Source of the DNA: Gracilinanus agilis
Lineage: Eukaryota
Reading direction: 5' to 3'
DNA length: 64,000 nt
NCBI RefSeq assembly: GCF_016433145.1
Contig: NC_058130.1
Coordinates: forward strand, 350,951,010 to 351,015,009
A program made the position numbers and the translations under genes. Below are positions 10,169 to 21,930 of the stretch, in pieces. Position 1 is the stretch's first letter; every line of letters begins with the position of its first letter. The notes under the pieces were generated by a model that worked only from the letters and a program-made list of their open reading frames with translations, was not told where the DNA came from and made no database searches.

Positions 10169-11274
10169 TTCTTCCTTCTTGTAAAATCCTGGCAACGGGT
10201 CCTCTCCTAAAGAAGAGCACTCAGTCTGCCAGGGAGGATTCAGAAGAAGCTATGTTTTAGAAATGGAATCCCTACCTTCTGTATAGGTATACTATATACA
10301 CATATATGTACATATATGTACACACATGTGAATGTACATATGCACACACATGTATATGGAGAGAGAGAGAGAGAACGTCCCAAAAATCATTATGTATTTT
10401 TAAACTAACAAAGCTGAAAACTGCATTCAGACCTTTGGAACATTTGTATATGCCAATAATCAGTAGGCATGGGCCATGTGATTTACTAGATTTGAACCAG
10501 TAGAGCTGGATTTGTAGAACAGAACAGGGATGGATGGGTAAGATATTGGACTTCCAAAGCTCACTAGTGTTCAGCCTTTCATTGTTAGACAAGGACTGAC
10601 CAGTTTCTGGGACTGTAGGTCACCATCATGTTGGGAGGCAGGTCGATGAATTTATATTGTCTAGAGTCAGGAGACAAGGACAAGAAAGGACATCTTGATG
10701 CTCAGTACTCTGCTGAAAACTATTCTGTTCCCAGTCTCCAGGAATTTAAATCTAGGGATTAGAATCAGACAGAAGAGCACAAGTTATTGCCCAGAAGAAA
10801 CCTCTCCTTCATTTTTAGAGTACTTGGCTCTCTGTAAATCATAAAATAGATTTTCTTATTATGGAAGAGTCCTTTCAAGAGAGGCGAAAAGTAAAGTGAG
10901 TGTTACCAGGCTATATAGTTAAGGCTGCTAGTTTTATGCCTGAGGTGTGCTTTCCAAGTCTCTCTCTCTCTCTCTTTTTTTTAATCAGTTCAAATAGGGT
11001 AAACTCCATGACCTATGCTTGATGATTACTGGTAAGCAATGAACAAAATGTCACCTTGCTCTATGAACCAGTCTGATGCTGGTCGTTATAAAATGGCATG
11101 TTTTTTTTAATACTTGTTCCCAAGAGGATTCAGCAAGAAACAATCTTTCGGAAGATAGTGCTCTAAATTTTCAAGGGCTCTCCAGAGAAAAGCCAAGACT
11201 GAGATTTGTATGTACCAAATGTAACTCTTAGAAAGTAGCTAATGATAAGAATAATTCACATGGATGTAGCATTT

Positions 11275-11465
11275 TAAAATGGACAGAACACTTCCCTCAC
11301 AATCACCCTGTGAGGTAAGTGGGACAAATATCATTAACGCTATTTATAAATAAGAAAAAAGAGGCTCTGAGAGTGTCTCTCTATTTTAACAGCCAGGAAG
11401 GATTTGAGGTGAGATTCCCACCCAGGTCTGTGGACTTCAATTCCAACAATGCCTAGTCTGCCACT
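11275..11465 (-). mobile_element. MIR-family SINE
   Basis: cctcacaatcaccctgtgaggtaag...gaggctctgagag...ggatttgagg. Confidence 0.6.
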
Positions 11466-11949
11466 CTTAGAACTGTGGCTCTTAGCATATAGTTTGGTCT
11501 AGAGGAAATTATATTATCTCAGCCCCTTTCTCCTCTGTTTTCTTTTGGCTGTAGTTTCATGGGAATTTATACTCATAGGGGAACTTCCTTTTTTGGGGGG
11601 GGGCAGGTATTTGCATTCTCTTAGCCTAGCAAATGGGGGAGGGGTGGTGGCATTAGAGGGAAAGGTAAGGAAACTAAAGAACTACCATTTGGGAAATGTG
11701 GGTAAGGAACATGTAAATGGTGTGGTCTAGTTACTTTCTGGTAAGATGTTTTGGCTAACTTTTCAGGGCATTATTGCTTAAAACCTTGTTGGAGAACTCT
11801 CACACCAGCTCATTTTGTTTTTGGTTGCCCATGGGTTTATTGTAATTTTTGACTTTCATTTTGATGGAAAATTTTATGCACAAGGCAGAACTAGGTCCCC
11901 CAAATTCACTTCATACAACGTGGTAGAAATTGGGGTGGGAGAAATCCAT

Positions 11950-12195
11950 CCAGGGGTGTCCTGGAGCACCATATGGCTCATGAAAGCCAATCTTTAGATT
12001 TCCGATGAAAGCATTTACAGTTCAGAAATCGACAAGTGTTTGTTACATTGACTTAATTTATTTTTTGTTGATTATCTAGATTTTAAAAAGTGATGGAAAA
12101 ATGTTAATAATTCAGATTAAATTTCAAAAATGTGTCATGTAGACATTTTTTCTCAGAGATCTGACTGTTAACATAAATGTTTAACATACCCCTGA
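11950..12195. mobile_element. hAT (MER63-like) DNA transposon remnant
   Basis: ccaggggtgt... and ...atacccctga ends. The interior is homologous to 26410-26830. Confidence 0.55.
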
Positions 12196-12435
12196 ACTCT
12201 CCTACCTCAAATAAATATCATTTGGATAAGTTAAATGATTAGGGGCGTGTTCAACTTTCATCCATTTCCCCTTTTCTTTTATTTTACTAAGTGATTTGTT
12301 TACTGGTACCTCACTCCCTTATGCTGGGTGAGTAGGCTTAATAGTATGGCATTGTTTGTACTACTGCTTGGTTCTGTTCCATTTTCTTCTCTTTCATGCC
12401 CATCTCCTGGACTGTTCTACTTTGTGATTACAAAG

Positions 12436-12800
12436 AGGAATTCCTGTCATACCTTGAACACTACCAGCTCACCATCCCAATCAGGGTTGATCAAAATGGA
12501 GCTTTCCTCAGCTTTACTGTGAAAAATGACAAACACTCAAGGAGAAGGCGGAGTACGGACCCTGTTGACCCACAGCAGGCAGGATCTAAGTTATTTTTTA
12601 AACTCTCAGCCTATGGCAAGCACTTTCATTTAAACTTGACTCTCAACACAGATTTAGTGTCCAAATATTTTACCGTGGAATACTGGGGGAAAGATGGGCC
12701 CCAGTGGAAGCATGGTTTTTTAGACAACTGTCATTACACAGGATACTTACAAGATCAACACAGCACAACTAAAGTGGCTATAAGCAACTGCATCGGGTTG
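12436..12800 (+). CDS. ADAMTS6: ADAMTS6 exon 3 (prodomain, includes RRRR basic motif)
   Basis: aaag|AG GAA TTC ... GGG TTG|gtaagt; 365 nt; [15 protein letters not shown]...SNCIGL. Confidence 0.97.
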
Positions 12801-13659
12801 GTAAGTGTATGTGACATGTTTGTTTTCTGTTAGGAGAAAGAACACATTTATCCAGGAAAGAGTACACATTTTTTCCCCCACAGGGCTTTTAAAAGTAGTC
12901 ATTTCTTTTAAAAAAAAAAGAGTAGTCTGTTTTGCTATAATGGGACATGTACATTTCCAAAAAGCACTGTACTTTTGCACAATCATGCAAAATTGGACAA
13001 TAAAAATCATAGTTTAAGAAGATAATGGGGTCAGGGACACAATGAGGCTCCAGGCGGTTGCTTGGGCAGAGGGGGTCTATGGTGGTGTGAACCATCCCTT
13101 CTCAACCCTCGACCACTACTGCAACAGAAGATATACAACAAATAATGGTATTTTACCTGGACAAATATCTGAAGTTTGTTTGGGAAAGTGAGTGTTGGAG
13201 TAAGTACGTGTTACTGTGAAGTTTTCTGCCTTCATTTTTTTCATCATTTTTTCTCAAGAAAGAAATCAAGCAAAAGAGAAACTCATGTCATTCTCAAACA
13301 TATCATTTGATTTTGGAATAAATCTGCATTTTCAAAACACACATTCCATCAGAACTTGCTCCAATAAAAAGAATTGTATAGATAATTTAAAGGTAGGAGA
13401 AAATCTAAAAAAGTTATCTTTTCCACTCTTATTTTTATTGGGAATATTTTTGGAAAGGATTCCTTTCCCTAGAAAGAATGGCTTTTAAATTTTTGCATCA
13501 TACAGAATGAAACAAATAGTCTCCAGACTGGTTTGTCATCTGGGTTTCAGAGGGTCTCTGTTTTTGATTTGTCAGAAAGCTACCCTTCAAATATAAAGAA
13601 AACTGATTCAGGTGAGAAAGATTACTTTTTCTTGGGTCAGATTTTCTGTGAAAGAGCTT

Positions 13660-13930
13660 AGGATCATAGTTTTAGATCTTAGAGGTCATCTGGTCCAAAC
13701 CCCTATTTTTACAGATGAGGAAACTGAGGCCTAGAGAACTTTAATGACTTGCTAAAGGGTACAAAGATAATGCATCGTAGAACTGGGATTCCAGCCCAGG
13801 GCTTCTCCCTCCAAATCCACTGCACTATATTACTTTTCTTTCTTAAAATGAGATCAAATGAGATATTTGTAAAGCTCTTAGCTCAGTGTCTAGCACAGAG
13901 TAGGTACTTAACAAATGCTTCTTTCCTTCT
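13660..13930. mobile_element. MIR3/MIR fragments (opposite orientations)
   Basis: gaggtcatctggtccaaacccc...acagatgaggaaactgaggcc (-), then aaatgagatatttgtaaagc...tagcacagagtagg (+). Confidence 0.65.
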
Positions 13931-14444
13931 TTTCTCTTCTTCTCTTCTCTTAGTAGTTCTAGGGACTGGAAATACATGTGGCTAATGACTGCTAGAATTC
14001 TCACTTAGGAAGGGATTAGAGTTCAGTCCTTAAAAAGGTAAATATACAAACATGATAATAGTATCTCTTCTGACATAAAGTTCTCATCTAAAAACTGAAG
14101 ATAAATCTTAATTGTATTTATAGGGAAGATTAAATATATGGCAAAAATATTGGGCACTTGAGACTATTGCAACTCCATTGGTAAAAGATCAGGCCTCTTT
14201 CCATCATATCATGCTGTCTATGCATGCATACAGTAGGTATTTAGTAAATCACCACAGTCTCATAGTTTGAATGGATTGGAAAGGGACCTTAGAGATTGGG
14301 CTTCTCATTTTATACCGGGGCAATTAAATTCCAGAGCAGAGAAAGCAGTTGCCAAAGATCACACATTTGCTCATATCCACAAATCTCACTCTGCTTCCTA
14401 CAAATAGGGAATGACAGATAATTTCCATGCCTACGATATAATTA

Positions 14445-14633
14445 CTTTTTCTTTAAACCTTTACCTTATGTCTTATTAATATGACTTCTAAGATAGAAGA
14501 GCAGTAAGAGCTAGGTACTTGGGGTTGTGACTTGCCCAGGATCATGCCGCTAGGAAACATCTGAGGCTAACTTTGAACCCAGGTCCTCCTGACTCCAGGC
14601 CTGTGCTCTATTCATTGAGCCTCCCAGCTTCCC
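14445..14633 (-). mobile_element. SINE1_Mdo-like SINE
   Basis: aaaccttttacctt...agaagagcagtaag...gtgacttgcccagg...ttgaacccagg. Confidence 0.75.
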
Positions 14634-14879
14634 TCTAACATATATTTTCAGAAATCATTGATTCTCCTCATTACTAATTAATTAATTAGTTAATTAATCA
14701 ATCCCCTAGGTCCCCTACTTAGCTATGTCATTATTCTTATCTCATGATGGCTAAGAAATCACATAAGGAGCATAGGATTTGAGAAACTTGAGTCCTTTCC
14801 AAATCATGCTACCTGTGTTGAAATCCCCTTTTCAGTTCCCCTTTATGTCTTGTCTTTCCCCTGTTAGAATGTAAGCTTG

Positions 14880-15080
14880 GGGGCGGCTGGGTGGCTTGGT
14901 GGATTGAAAGCCAACCCTAGAGATGGGAAGTCCTGGGTTTAAATCTAGCCTCAGACACTCCCTAGCTGTGTGACCCTGGGCAAGTCACTTAATTCTCATT
15001 GCCTAGTCCTTACTGCTCTCTTGCCTTAGAATCAATACACAGTATTGATTCTGAGTCAGGAGGTAAGGGTTTAAAAAGAA
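14880..15080 (+). mobile_element. SINE1_Mdo-like SINE
   Basis: gggcggctgggtggc...ctgtgtgaccctgggcaagtcacttaa...agaatcaatacacagtattgattc...ggtaagggtttaaaaa. Confidence 0.85.
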
Positions 15081-15745
15081 GAAAGAATGTAAACTCCTTG
15101 AAAGCAAAGACTGGCTCATTTGCTTCTATTTATATCTCAAATGCTTTACACAGTGCCTGTCAACACTACATCCATGTCTCTCTGTCTCTGTCTCTGTCTC
15201 TGAAGTTATGCTTTATCAAACAGAGAAGTATCTAGACAGTTTTTTTCTGTTTTCTGCAGAAATTTCTGGCAGGAATGAATCAGCCAGAATCATGACTTAA
15301 CTATCTGAGTAGGATTTGGCCTTAAGAGGATAAGATTCTTATGTAGATGACATGTTGTATACATTTATCATGAGTTTCTTCCTAAATAAGTAGTGTTTAT
15401 TAGGATGTTGTATTTCTATTCAAAACAGTGAGTTGTTGCTTTGAATAAATTTATCCAAAATAAATCTCTGTTGTAAACATTCTCGTTTTGATGGAAGATG
15501 TGAATTACCATAAGGAGGAACTATGCTCAGTCCTCATCCAAGTTTGGCATCCCTGTTAACGCCTATAAATCGTGGGTAAATGCTAGAGCATCCTTGTGAA
15601 GCGATTGTTTCAAGAAAAGGAAAACTCTACCATCCATTTAATGCCTCATTAGATCTAATCAATGTGGCTTACAGAAGTCAGAGGGATATAAACAGGCAGG
15701 AGCTTCAGTAGGCATTTCAGAGCACTTAGATATGCTTCTTAGAGA

Positions 15746-15966
15746 TCCTTCTCCTTCTCTTCTTCCTCTTCCTCTTCCTCCTCCTCCTCTTTCTCCTTCT
15801 CCCCTCTTACCTTCTGTGTTAGAATCAATGCTAAATATCCATAGGGGCTAGGCAATTGGAGCTAAATGACTTGCCTAGGGCCACACAGCTAGGAAGTATC
15901 TGAGGCCAGATTTGAACCTTGGACCTCCCATCACCAGATCTGGCAGATGAGCCACTTAGCTGCCCC
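15746..15966 (-). mobile_element. SINE1_Mdo-like SINE with (CTT/CCT)n tail
   Basis: cttaccttctgtgttagaatcaat...gccacttagctgcccc; target duplication TATGCTTCTTA(G/A)AGA. Confidence 0.75.
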
Positions 15967-15977
15967 TTATGCTTCTT

Positions 15978-16421
15978 TTTTTTTTTTATCATTTATTAAT
16001 ATTTATATTTTAGAAAAGTTAACATGGTTACATGATTTATGCTCTTACTTTTCCCTTCACCCCCCGACCTCCCCCCCTCCCCTGGCTGATATGCATTTCC
16101 ACTGGTTTTAACATGTGTCATTAATCAAGACCTATTTCCAAATTGTTGATAGTTGCATTGGTGTGGTAGTTTCGATCCCCAATCATGTCCTTATCAACCC
16201 ATGTATTCAAGCAGTTTTCTTCTGTGTTTCCTCTCCTGCAGTTCTTCCTCTGAATGTGGGTAGTGTTCTTTATCATAAGTCCCTCAGAATTGTCCTGGGT
16301 CATTGCATTGCTGCTAGTACAGAAGTCCATTACATTCTATTTTACCACACTGTATCAGTCTCTGTGTACAATGTTCTTCTGGCTCTGCTCCTTTCACTTT
16401 GCATCAATTCCTGGAGGTCTT
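15978..16421 (-). mobile_element. L1 (L1_Mdo-like) 3' end, 5'-truncated
   Basis: PolyT followed by catggttacatgatt...gcatttccactgg..., homologous to 42535-43211; 14-bp TSD with one mismatch. Confidence 0.85.
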
Positions 16422-17994
16422 CCCTCATGCTTCTTAAAGACCATAATTCTAAGTACTTTTAAAAGTACTTTCCCATACACTGTCTCATTGAATCTCATAG
16501 TATTCTCTGATATAGTATTATGCTTTTTTTTATGGATGAAGAGCCAGACTGAATTTGTAATTTCATTGGTGTTGTAAATTCATTGATATTAGGTGCTTCC
16601 AGATGAGAAAACTCCCCGTAAGCACCTGTTTTGTAATTTAGAGTCTTAAAGTTGTCTAGGAGATGTCTAGGAGGTAACCACAGTCACACAACAAATATCT
16701 GGTTAGTTGGGATTTGAATCCAAGTCTTCCTGGCTGGCCCAGGTTCATACCCAGAGGGTAAGTGACATGTTAAAAGACCCACTCAAACTCCCAGATTTCT
16801 GGTCCAGTAAATCGTACCATAGTACCTATTTGCACTGTCATACCCAAGGCCACCTTGGAAATAAGTGAATTTTATGTGCCCTCCTTCAATACCGTTCTCT
16901 CCCTCCCAGCTCCTTTCTGCCCTTTCTGGTAACCAGCATGCTACTCAGCTGCCTAAAACCTGCACAGTGATTTTCAGGAGCTAGCTGGCTCCCCATTTCT
17001 GCTTTTCCTAGCTCTAGCCAGGGGACATGCTCTCCCTTCCCCTATGGACTTGGATAGAGCCTCTCCTGGAGAAGTAGTTCTGATTCTGGCCAGCAAGGAC
17101 ACGTATAAGAAAAGCACAGAAGGAACCCTTGAGTCAGGAGGCAGGGCTTTAGGAGACTACTTAATATTAGGGCCATCTGCTTATAAATGAACAGCGTATT
17201 TGTTCTGAGAACTTTACTCCTGAGATGTAGGGATCTTCCTCCTGCTGATCTCCTGGCTGCTTCAACATGCATAGTTCTCCCAGGTTGTGACTGTTGGTAT
17301 GGAGTTTGTTCTTCTTCTCTTACTCTGCCTTCTAGTATCTACATCACATCCAGTAGAATGTGAGTTCCTTGAGGACTGAGGTTCATGTTTTTGCCTTTTT
17401 TGGTATTCTTAGTTAGCTCAGTGCTTGGCATGTAGTAATTACTTAGTAAGAATGATGCTTCCTCAGTTCTATCCCTCCTCCTTAGACATGGCATCCACCA
17501 CCTGGCATGACAATGTGCAGAGACTACAGCTGCTTCTAACTCAATTTCTCCGGCCTGTTCTCACTTCTGGAAATCTCCTGTACTTTCTGTGCCTGAGCCT
17601 GTGACCCCAATTCTAGCTGTATTGCCTTAGCTTGGGAAAACACTCTTCTTTCTTGGTCACTTAGACCTTAGATGTCTGCTGAGCTTCTTCCTCTGCATCA
17701 GGTAGAGAGAGTACTTTGCCACCTGGGTCTCCTGAGCCCTGGAAATCTCAACCTCCTGAAGCAACTTCAGAGAATTTGGAACATGCTCTTTATTTGAGAT
17801 GTTTTCAAAGACTTACCAACTTCTTGAATCTCAGAAAATATGGTTCTACTTTCCCTGAGCTCCAGAGATCTGGGTCCTGTTGGATTCAACAAGATATAGT
17901 AAGCACCTACTATGTGATAAGCACCAGTAACACAAAGAAAAAAATAAAATATTGACTGATCTCAAGGAAAATGGAATCACTGAACCCTGGTCTT

Positions 17995-18185
17995 GTGTTC
18001 TCTTTCTGTCTCTGTCTTTGTCTCTGTCTCTGTCTCTCTCCCTTCCCTTCCTTTCTCCCTCCCTCCATCTCCAGTTAGATGTGTTTTTCTGACTCTGTTG
18101 ACCTGTCTTTGTCTCTCTTTGGTGTGTCTCTGTGCCCATTTCTCTGTCTGTTTTTCTGTCTCTCCCCATCAGCCTTCCTCTGTTT
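17995..18185. repeat. (TCTCTG)/(TC)-rich low-complexity tract
   Basis: Direct inspection. Confidence 0.8.
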
Positions 18186-18299
18186 CTTGGTTTACCAGAA
18201 GGACAGGGATTGACTCTGATCTTTGAAATCTCACTTGTATGAATTTGTTAGTCTAGTTTTAGTCAGTTTTCTTGATCCACCAGGACTGGTTTTAACTAT

Positions 18300-18500
18300 T
18301 GCTCAGTGGCTCAGTGGATTGAGAGCCAGTCCTAGAGATGGGAGGTCCTAGGTTCAAAGGTGGCCTCAGACACTTCCTGGCTGTATGACTTTGGGCAAGT
18401 CACTTAACCCTCATTATCTAGCCCTTACTATTCTTCTGCCTTGGAACCAATACATATTATTGATTCTAAGATGGAAGGTAAAGGTTGTAAAAAAACAAAA
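18300..18500 (+). mobile_element. SINE1_Mdo-like SINE
   Basis: gctcagtggattgagagccag...ggcctcagacacttcc...ttggaaccaatac...gatggaaggtaaagg. Confidence 0.85.
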
Positions 18501-19644
18501 GCTATTGGTCTTGAGACGGGTCTCTCTAAGAAAGGAAATTTATTACTTACTTTGTCCCTGGAATTCAAAGGATGAGAAGTTGCTATTTAACCATGGTCAA
18601 AGGGATTTAAGAAAGGCAACTGAAGTAATTTTGATTCTGGAGTAACTCAGTTGCAGAAGGAAGAGAGACTGAGTAAGAGTCATAGATTCAGAGTAAGAAG
18701 GGAATCAGAGGTTATCAAGTCAGTGTCAAAGCCAGTATTACATCCTGATCCCAAAGTCTTCATTAGCATCTCATGCTAGAGGGGGTAGGATCAGAGCTCT
18801 TAATATGAACTTCACAGTTTGGTGTCTCAGCTTGGTTTCCACCAGAGCATCTTAGGATGTCCATGAATTTCTGTAGGAGTGCCAGAGCCTTTCATTGTAG
18901 TCTCAGAACCAGTTTCACTGATGCCAGACCCCAGGATCATCTGAGAGTCTCTTAGAAAAACACCAGTTCAGTCTTATAAAGATCAGAATTCCTACTCACA
19001 TCTATTGAGTTATCTTACTGAAATGCATCTAGACAGTGATTCTAATGGGATTGTGTACCATGTGAGTAGTCTTGAATATAGATGAGCCTATAATTATGAA
19101 ACAAGAAATAAAATTTCCTTCTCTTTCTTTTTTTGCCTGCTGCCCCTTCCCCCTTTCTATCAGTGAAGTTGATTTCCCTTATCCTTACAATGTCCATATT
19201 ATTAGACACTTGTGGTTATTTGCCCCTTACTCCCTTCCCTTTGGAGAATGAGAACTCAGGGAGGCAGAAGCTTGGTTCCCCCCCAACATTTTACATCCCC
19301 ATTTCCCTCCAAGGAATTGGGGTATTCTTTCCTTCTCTCCCTTATTTCCTCTTTCCCCTCCCAGGACTGCTTTGCCCACCCAGGCCCTGATCTGTGCAAT
19401 GATGATTGTCTGAGATTTTGTTAAATGTAAATACAGTAAAAACTGCTGCTCTCTTTTAAAACAAAAAAGGTAGAAATAGTAAATCTGATTAGGAGAGACC
19501 TGTATCCACTGTTGTATTTTACAGAAATTTCCTTTGAAAATTATATATCATGAACAAACATGAGCATTTCAGTTTACAGAGAAAAGCCAAAAAAAGGAAT
19601 ATATATAGGTTCTTTTTATTTTATTAATTAATTATTATTATTAA

Positions 19645-19838
19645 AAAAACAACAACCCTACTTTCTGTCTTCGAATCAATGGTTGGTTCTAAGGCAGAAG
19701 AGCGGTAAGGACCAGGCAGTAGGGGTTAAGTGACTTGCTCAGGTCACACAGCTAGGAAGTGTCTGAGGACAAATTTGAACCCAGAACCTCCTGTCTCTAG
19801 GCTTGGCTTTGAATCCACTGAGTCACCCACCTACCCCT
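19645..19838 (-). mobile_element. SINE1_Mdo-like SINE
   Basis: accctactttctgtcttcgaatcaat...ggcagaagagcggtaagg...gaatccactgag. Confidence 0.8.
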
Positions 19839-19959
19839 ATCTAGGTTCTTTAAAAAAAAGACATATATATTAAATTTAACCTGGTATTGGTGAAATCGTT
19901 CCATCTGTATTCCCTTAATAAACTTCTTTTGTTTTCTAATATGCACTTTAAAAATTCAT

Positions 19960-20320
19960 TAAAAAAATTTTCAGTTCTAAGTTTTCTCCCTCCCTCTGGC
20001 CCCTTCCCCACCCATTGAGAAGGCATGCAATATGATACCCATTGCATGTAAAGTCATGCACAACATATTTCTTCATCCTAATCGGCATGTAAAAATGTTT
20101 TATTGATACTTTTTTTGTGTCTATCATTACCCACTCATGTCACCCTGCCCCTCGACTCTCACATAAATGTACTTAAGGAAGATATATTGCTATATGGACC
20201 ATGTCTGAAACTGTGTCTCATTGTGAACCTGTAGTCCATCACCTCTGTGCTGAGAGTAGGGGAGACCTGTTTCAGTATCAGTTTTCTAGAGCCAGGAGTT
20301 GCCCCCATGCTTGTATTCCT
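19960..20320 (-). mobile_element. Older L1 3' fragment
   Basis: ttctccctccctc...cccattgagaaggcatgcaatatgatacccattgcatgtaaagtcatgc. Confidence 0.6.
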
Positions 20321-20904
20321 AAATTTGATACTAAGTAAACTTTATCAGCCACATTTGCCGGCAGCTCAGTTACTCTAACTGGAATAGGACGTTTAAAGCA
20401 ATAAAGCTCGCCACTGTTCTTATCAGTGACACGGCAGAGCATTGCTTAAATGGAGAAGCAGCACCTCAGTCTGTTGGGGAAATTGAAATGGAAATTGAGG
20501 GCTTCATCATCTCTACCAAATAGTCCAGGAGGGACATGGCTTGCCTAGTCTTTTGTGTCGGTAACAGGAAGCAATTCCCATTTTAAAGCTGCTCAAGTTC
20601 CTCTGAGTCTTTAGCCAAGTTGATCAGAATCAGTAACCTTGATAAATGAGAAATAACATTACTTAGAGAAAAAAAGAGATCGGAACACTACTTGGAACCT
20701 GTTTTCCCCTATCAGATCTGGGAGATGAGACTCTTTATGGAAGGAAACAGAGTGAAACATAGAAACAAAATCTGTGGATGTGATGAAAAAAATCTTGATC
20801 AGTGCAAGAAAAGGTGAGAACATTCCTTGATAAGGAAGAATGTATAGTATTGTCAGTCTTTAGGCTTCTTTATTCTTTGCACTAGATAGATTTATTTACT
20901 TGTT

Positions 20905-21103
20905 TAAAAAAAATCTTACCTTCTGTCTTAGAATCAATACCACATATTGGCTGTGAGGCAGAAGAGCAGTAAGGACTAGGCAACGAGGGTTAAGTGACTT
21001 GCCCAGGATCACACAGCTAGGAAGTGTCCGAGGTTGCATTTGAAGCTAAGACCTCCAGTCTCTAGATCTAGCTATGAAAGCACTGAGCCACCTAGCTGCC
21101 CCC
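20905..21103 (-). mobile_element. SINE1_Mdo-like SINE
   Basis: aatcttaccttctgtcttagaatcaatacc...gccacctagctgcccc. Confidence 0.85.
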
Positions 21104-21761
21104 TAGATTTATCTACTTGTATCTATCTACTTGTGGACTCAGGCCCAGTCACATGTGGATGTTCATTCTGACCCTGAGCAGGAAGCATCTTCTTCACTTG
21201 GCTGGGTATCAGGTTCCATGCCTGCTCCTGGGACCAAAGTAATTGACAGCCACTGTGCTCAGTTTACTTCACACTCCAAAACTATGGACTGTTTGCATAC
21301 ACTGGATTTCCTGTTTTCTCAGACCTGAAGTATCTGTCATCTCATTTCTCTTTGCTTGTCTGCTTCCTTTCCCACTTAATGTGGACAGTGCTTCCCCAGG
21401 CAAAGCCTACTCTGCCTTTTGGTATCTCCTGCTACCCCTGAGATGGTGGTACCCTTCTTAATCCAGCCCTTCTCTCATAATGCTTTATACTCTGGACCAG
21501 TTTCGTCCTCTTTCCTCTTATGAACTTATTCTATCGTGTCTTGTCGCTCTGAGTTGGGTCCTCCATTAGAAATAATTCTGATAAAATCATACATATCTGA
21601 GTATTAGCAACACTCTCAGTGTCCTGAAAAGTATCTTATTATAGTCATAATGGATTTTTTTAGTAATAACAGTCAAATTTTTTGTAATTAAGACAAAATT
21701 ATAGAGGACTTGTATGAGGTATAACGCTTATCCAAGGGAACTTATACACAATATATTTCAA

Positions 21762-21930
21762 GGGTTCTTAATCTGCAATATAGCAACCTGTTTTTTCACA
21801 AAAATATTTTGACAATAATATAATTGCTTTTCTTTGTAATCTTATGCATTTAAAAACATTATCCCAAGAATGGATCCATAGGCTTCACCACATCATCCAA
21901 GGGATCACTGACACAAAAAAGGTTAATTAA
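21762..21930. mobile_element. hAT-Charlie-type MITE remnant
   Basis: caagggttcttaatct start; interior is the reverse complement of motifs in 33714-33845 (ttctttgtaatc/gattacaaagaa, cataggcttcacca/tggtgaaatctatg). Confidence 0.5.

Noticed and set aside
9975-10184. ORF MLKTWTWILSFAIVSSEF... as an independent gene or second ADAMTS paralogue
   Set aside because: It is the exon 2 duplicate read from a TTG and running into the (CA)n repeat. No other duplicated exons follow.
12396-12833. 145-aa ORF as a standalone protein
   Set aside because: It is exon 3 plus in-frame intronic flanks; true limits are set by the AG at 12434-12435 and the GT at 12801.
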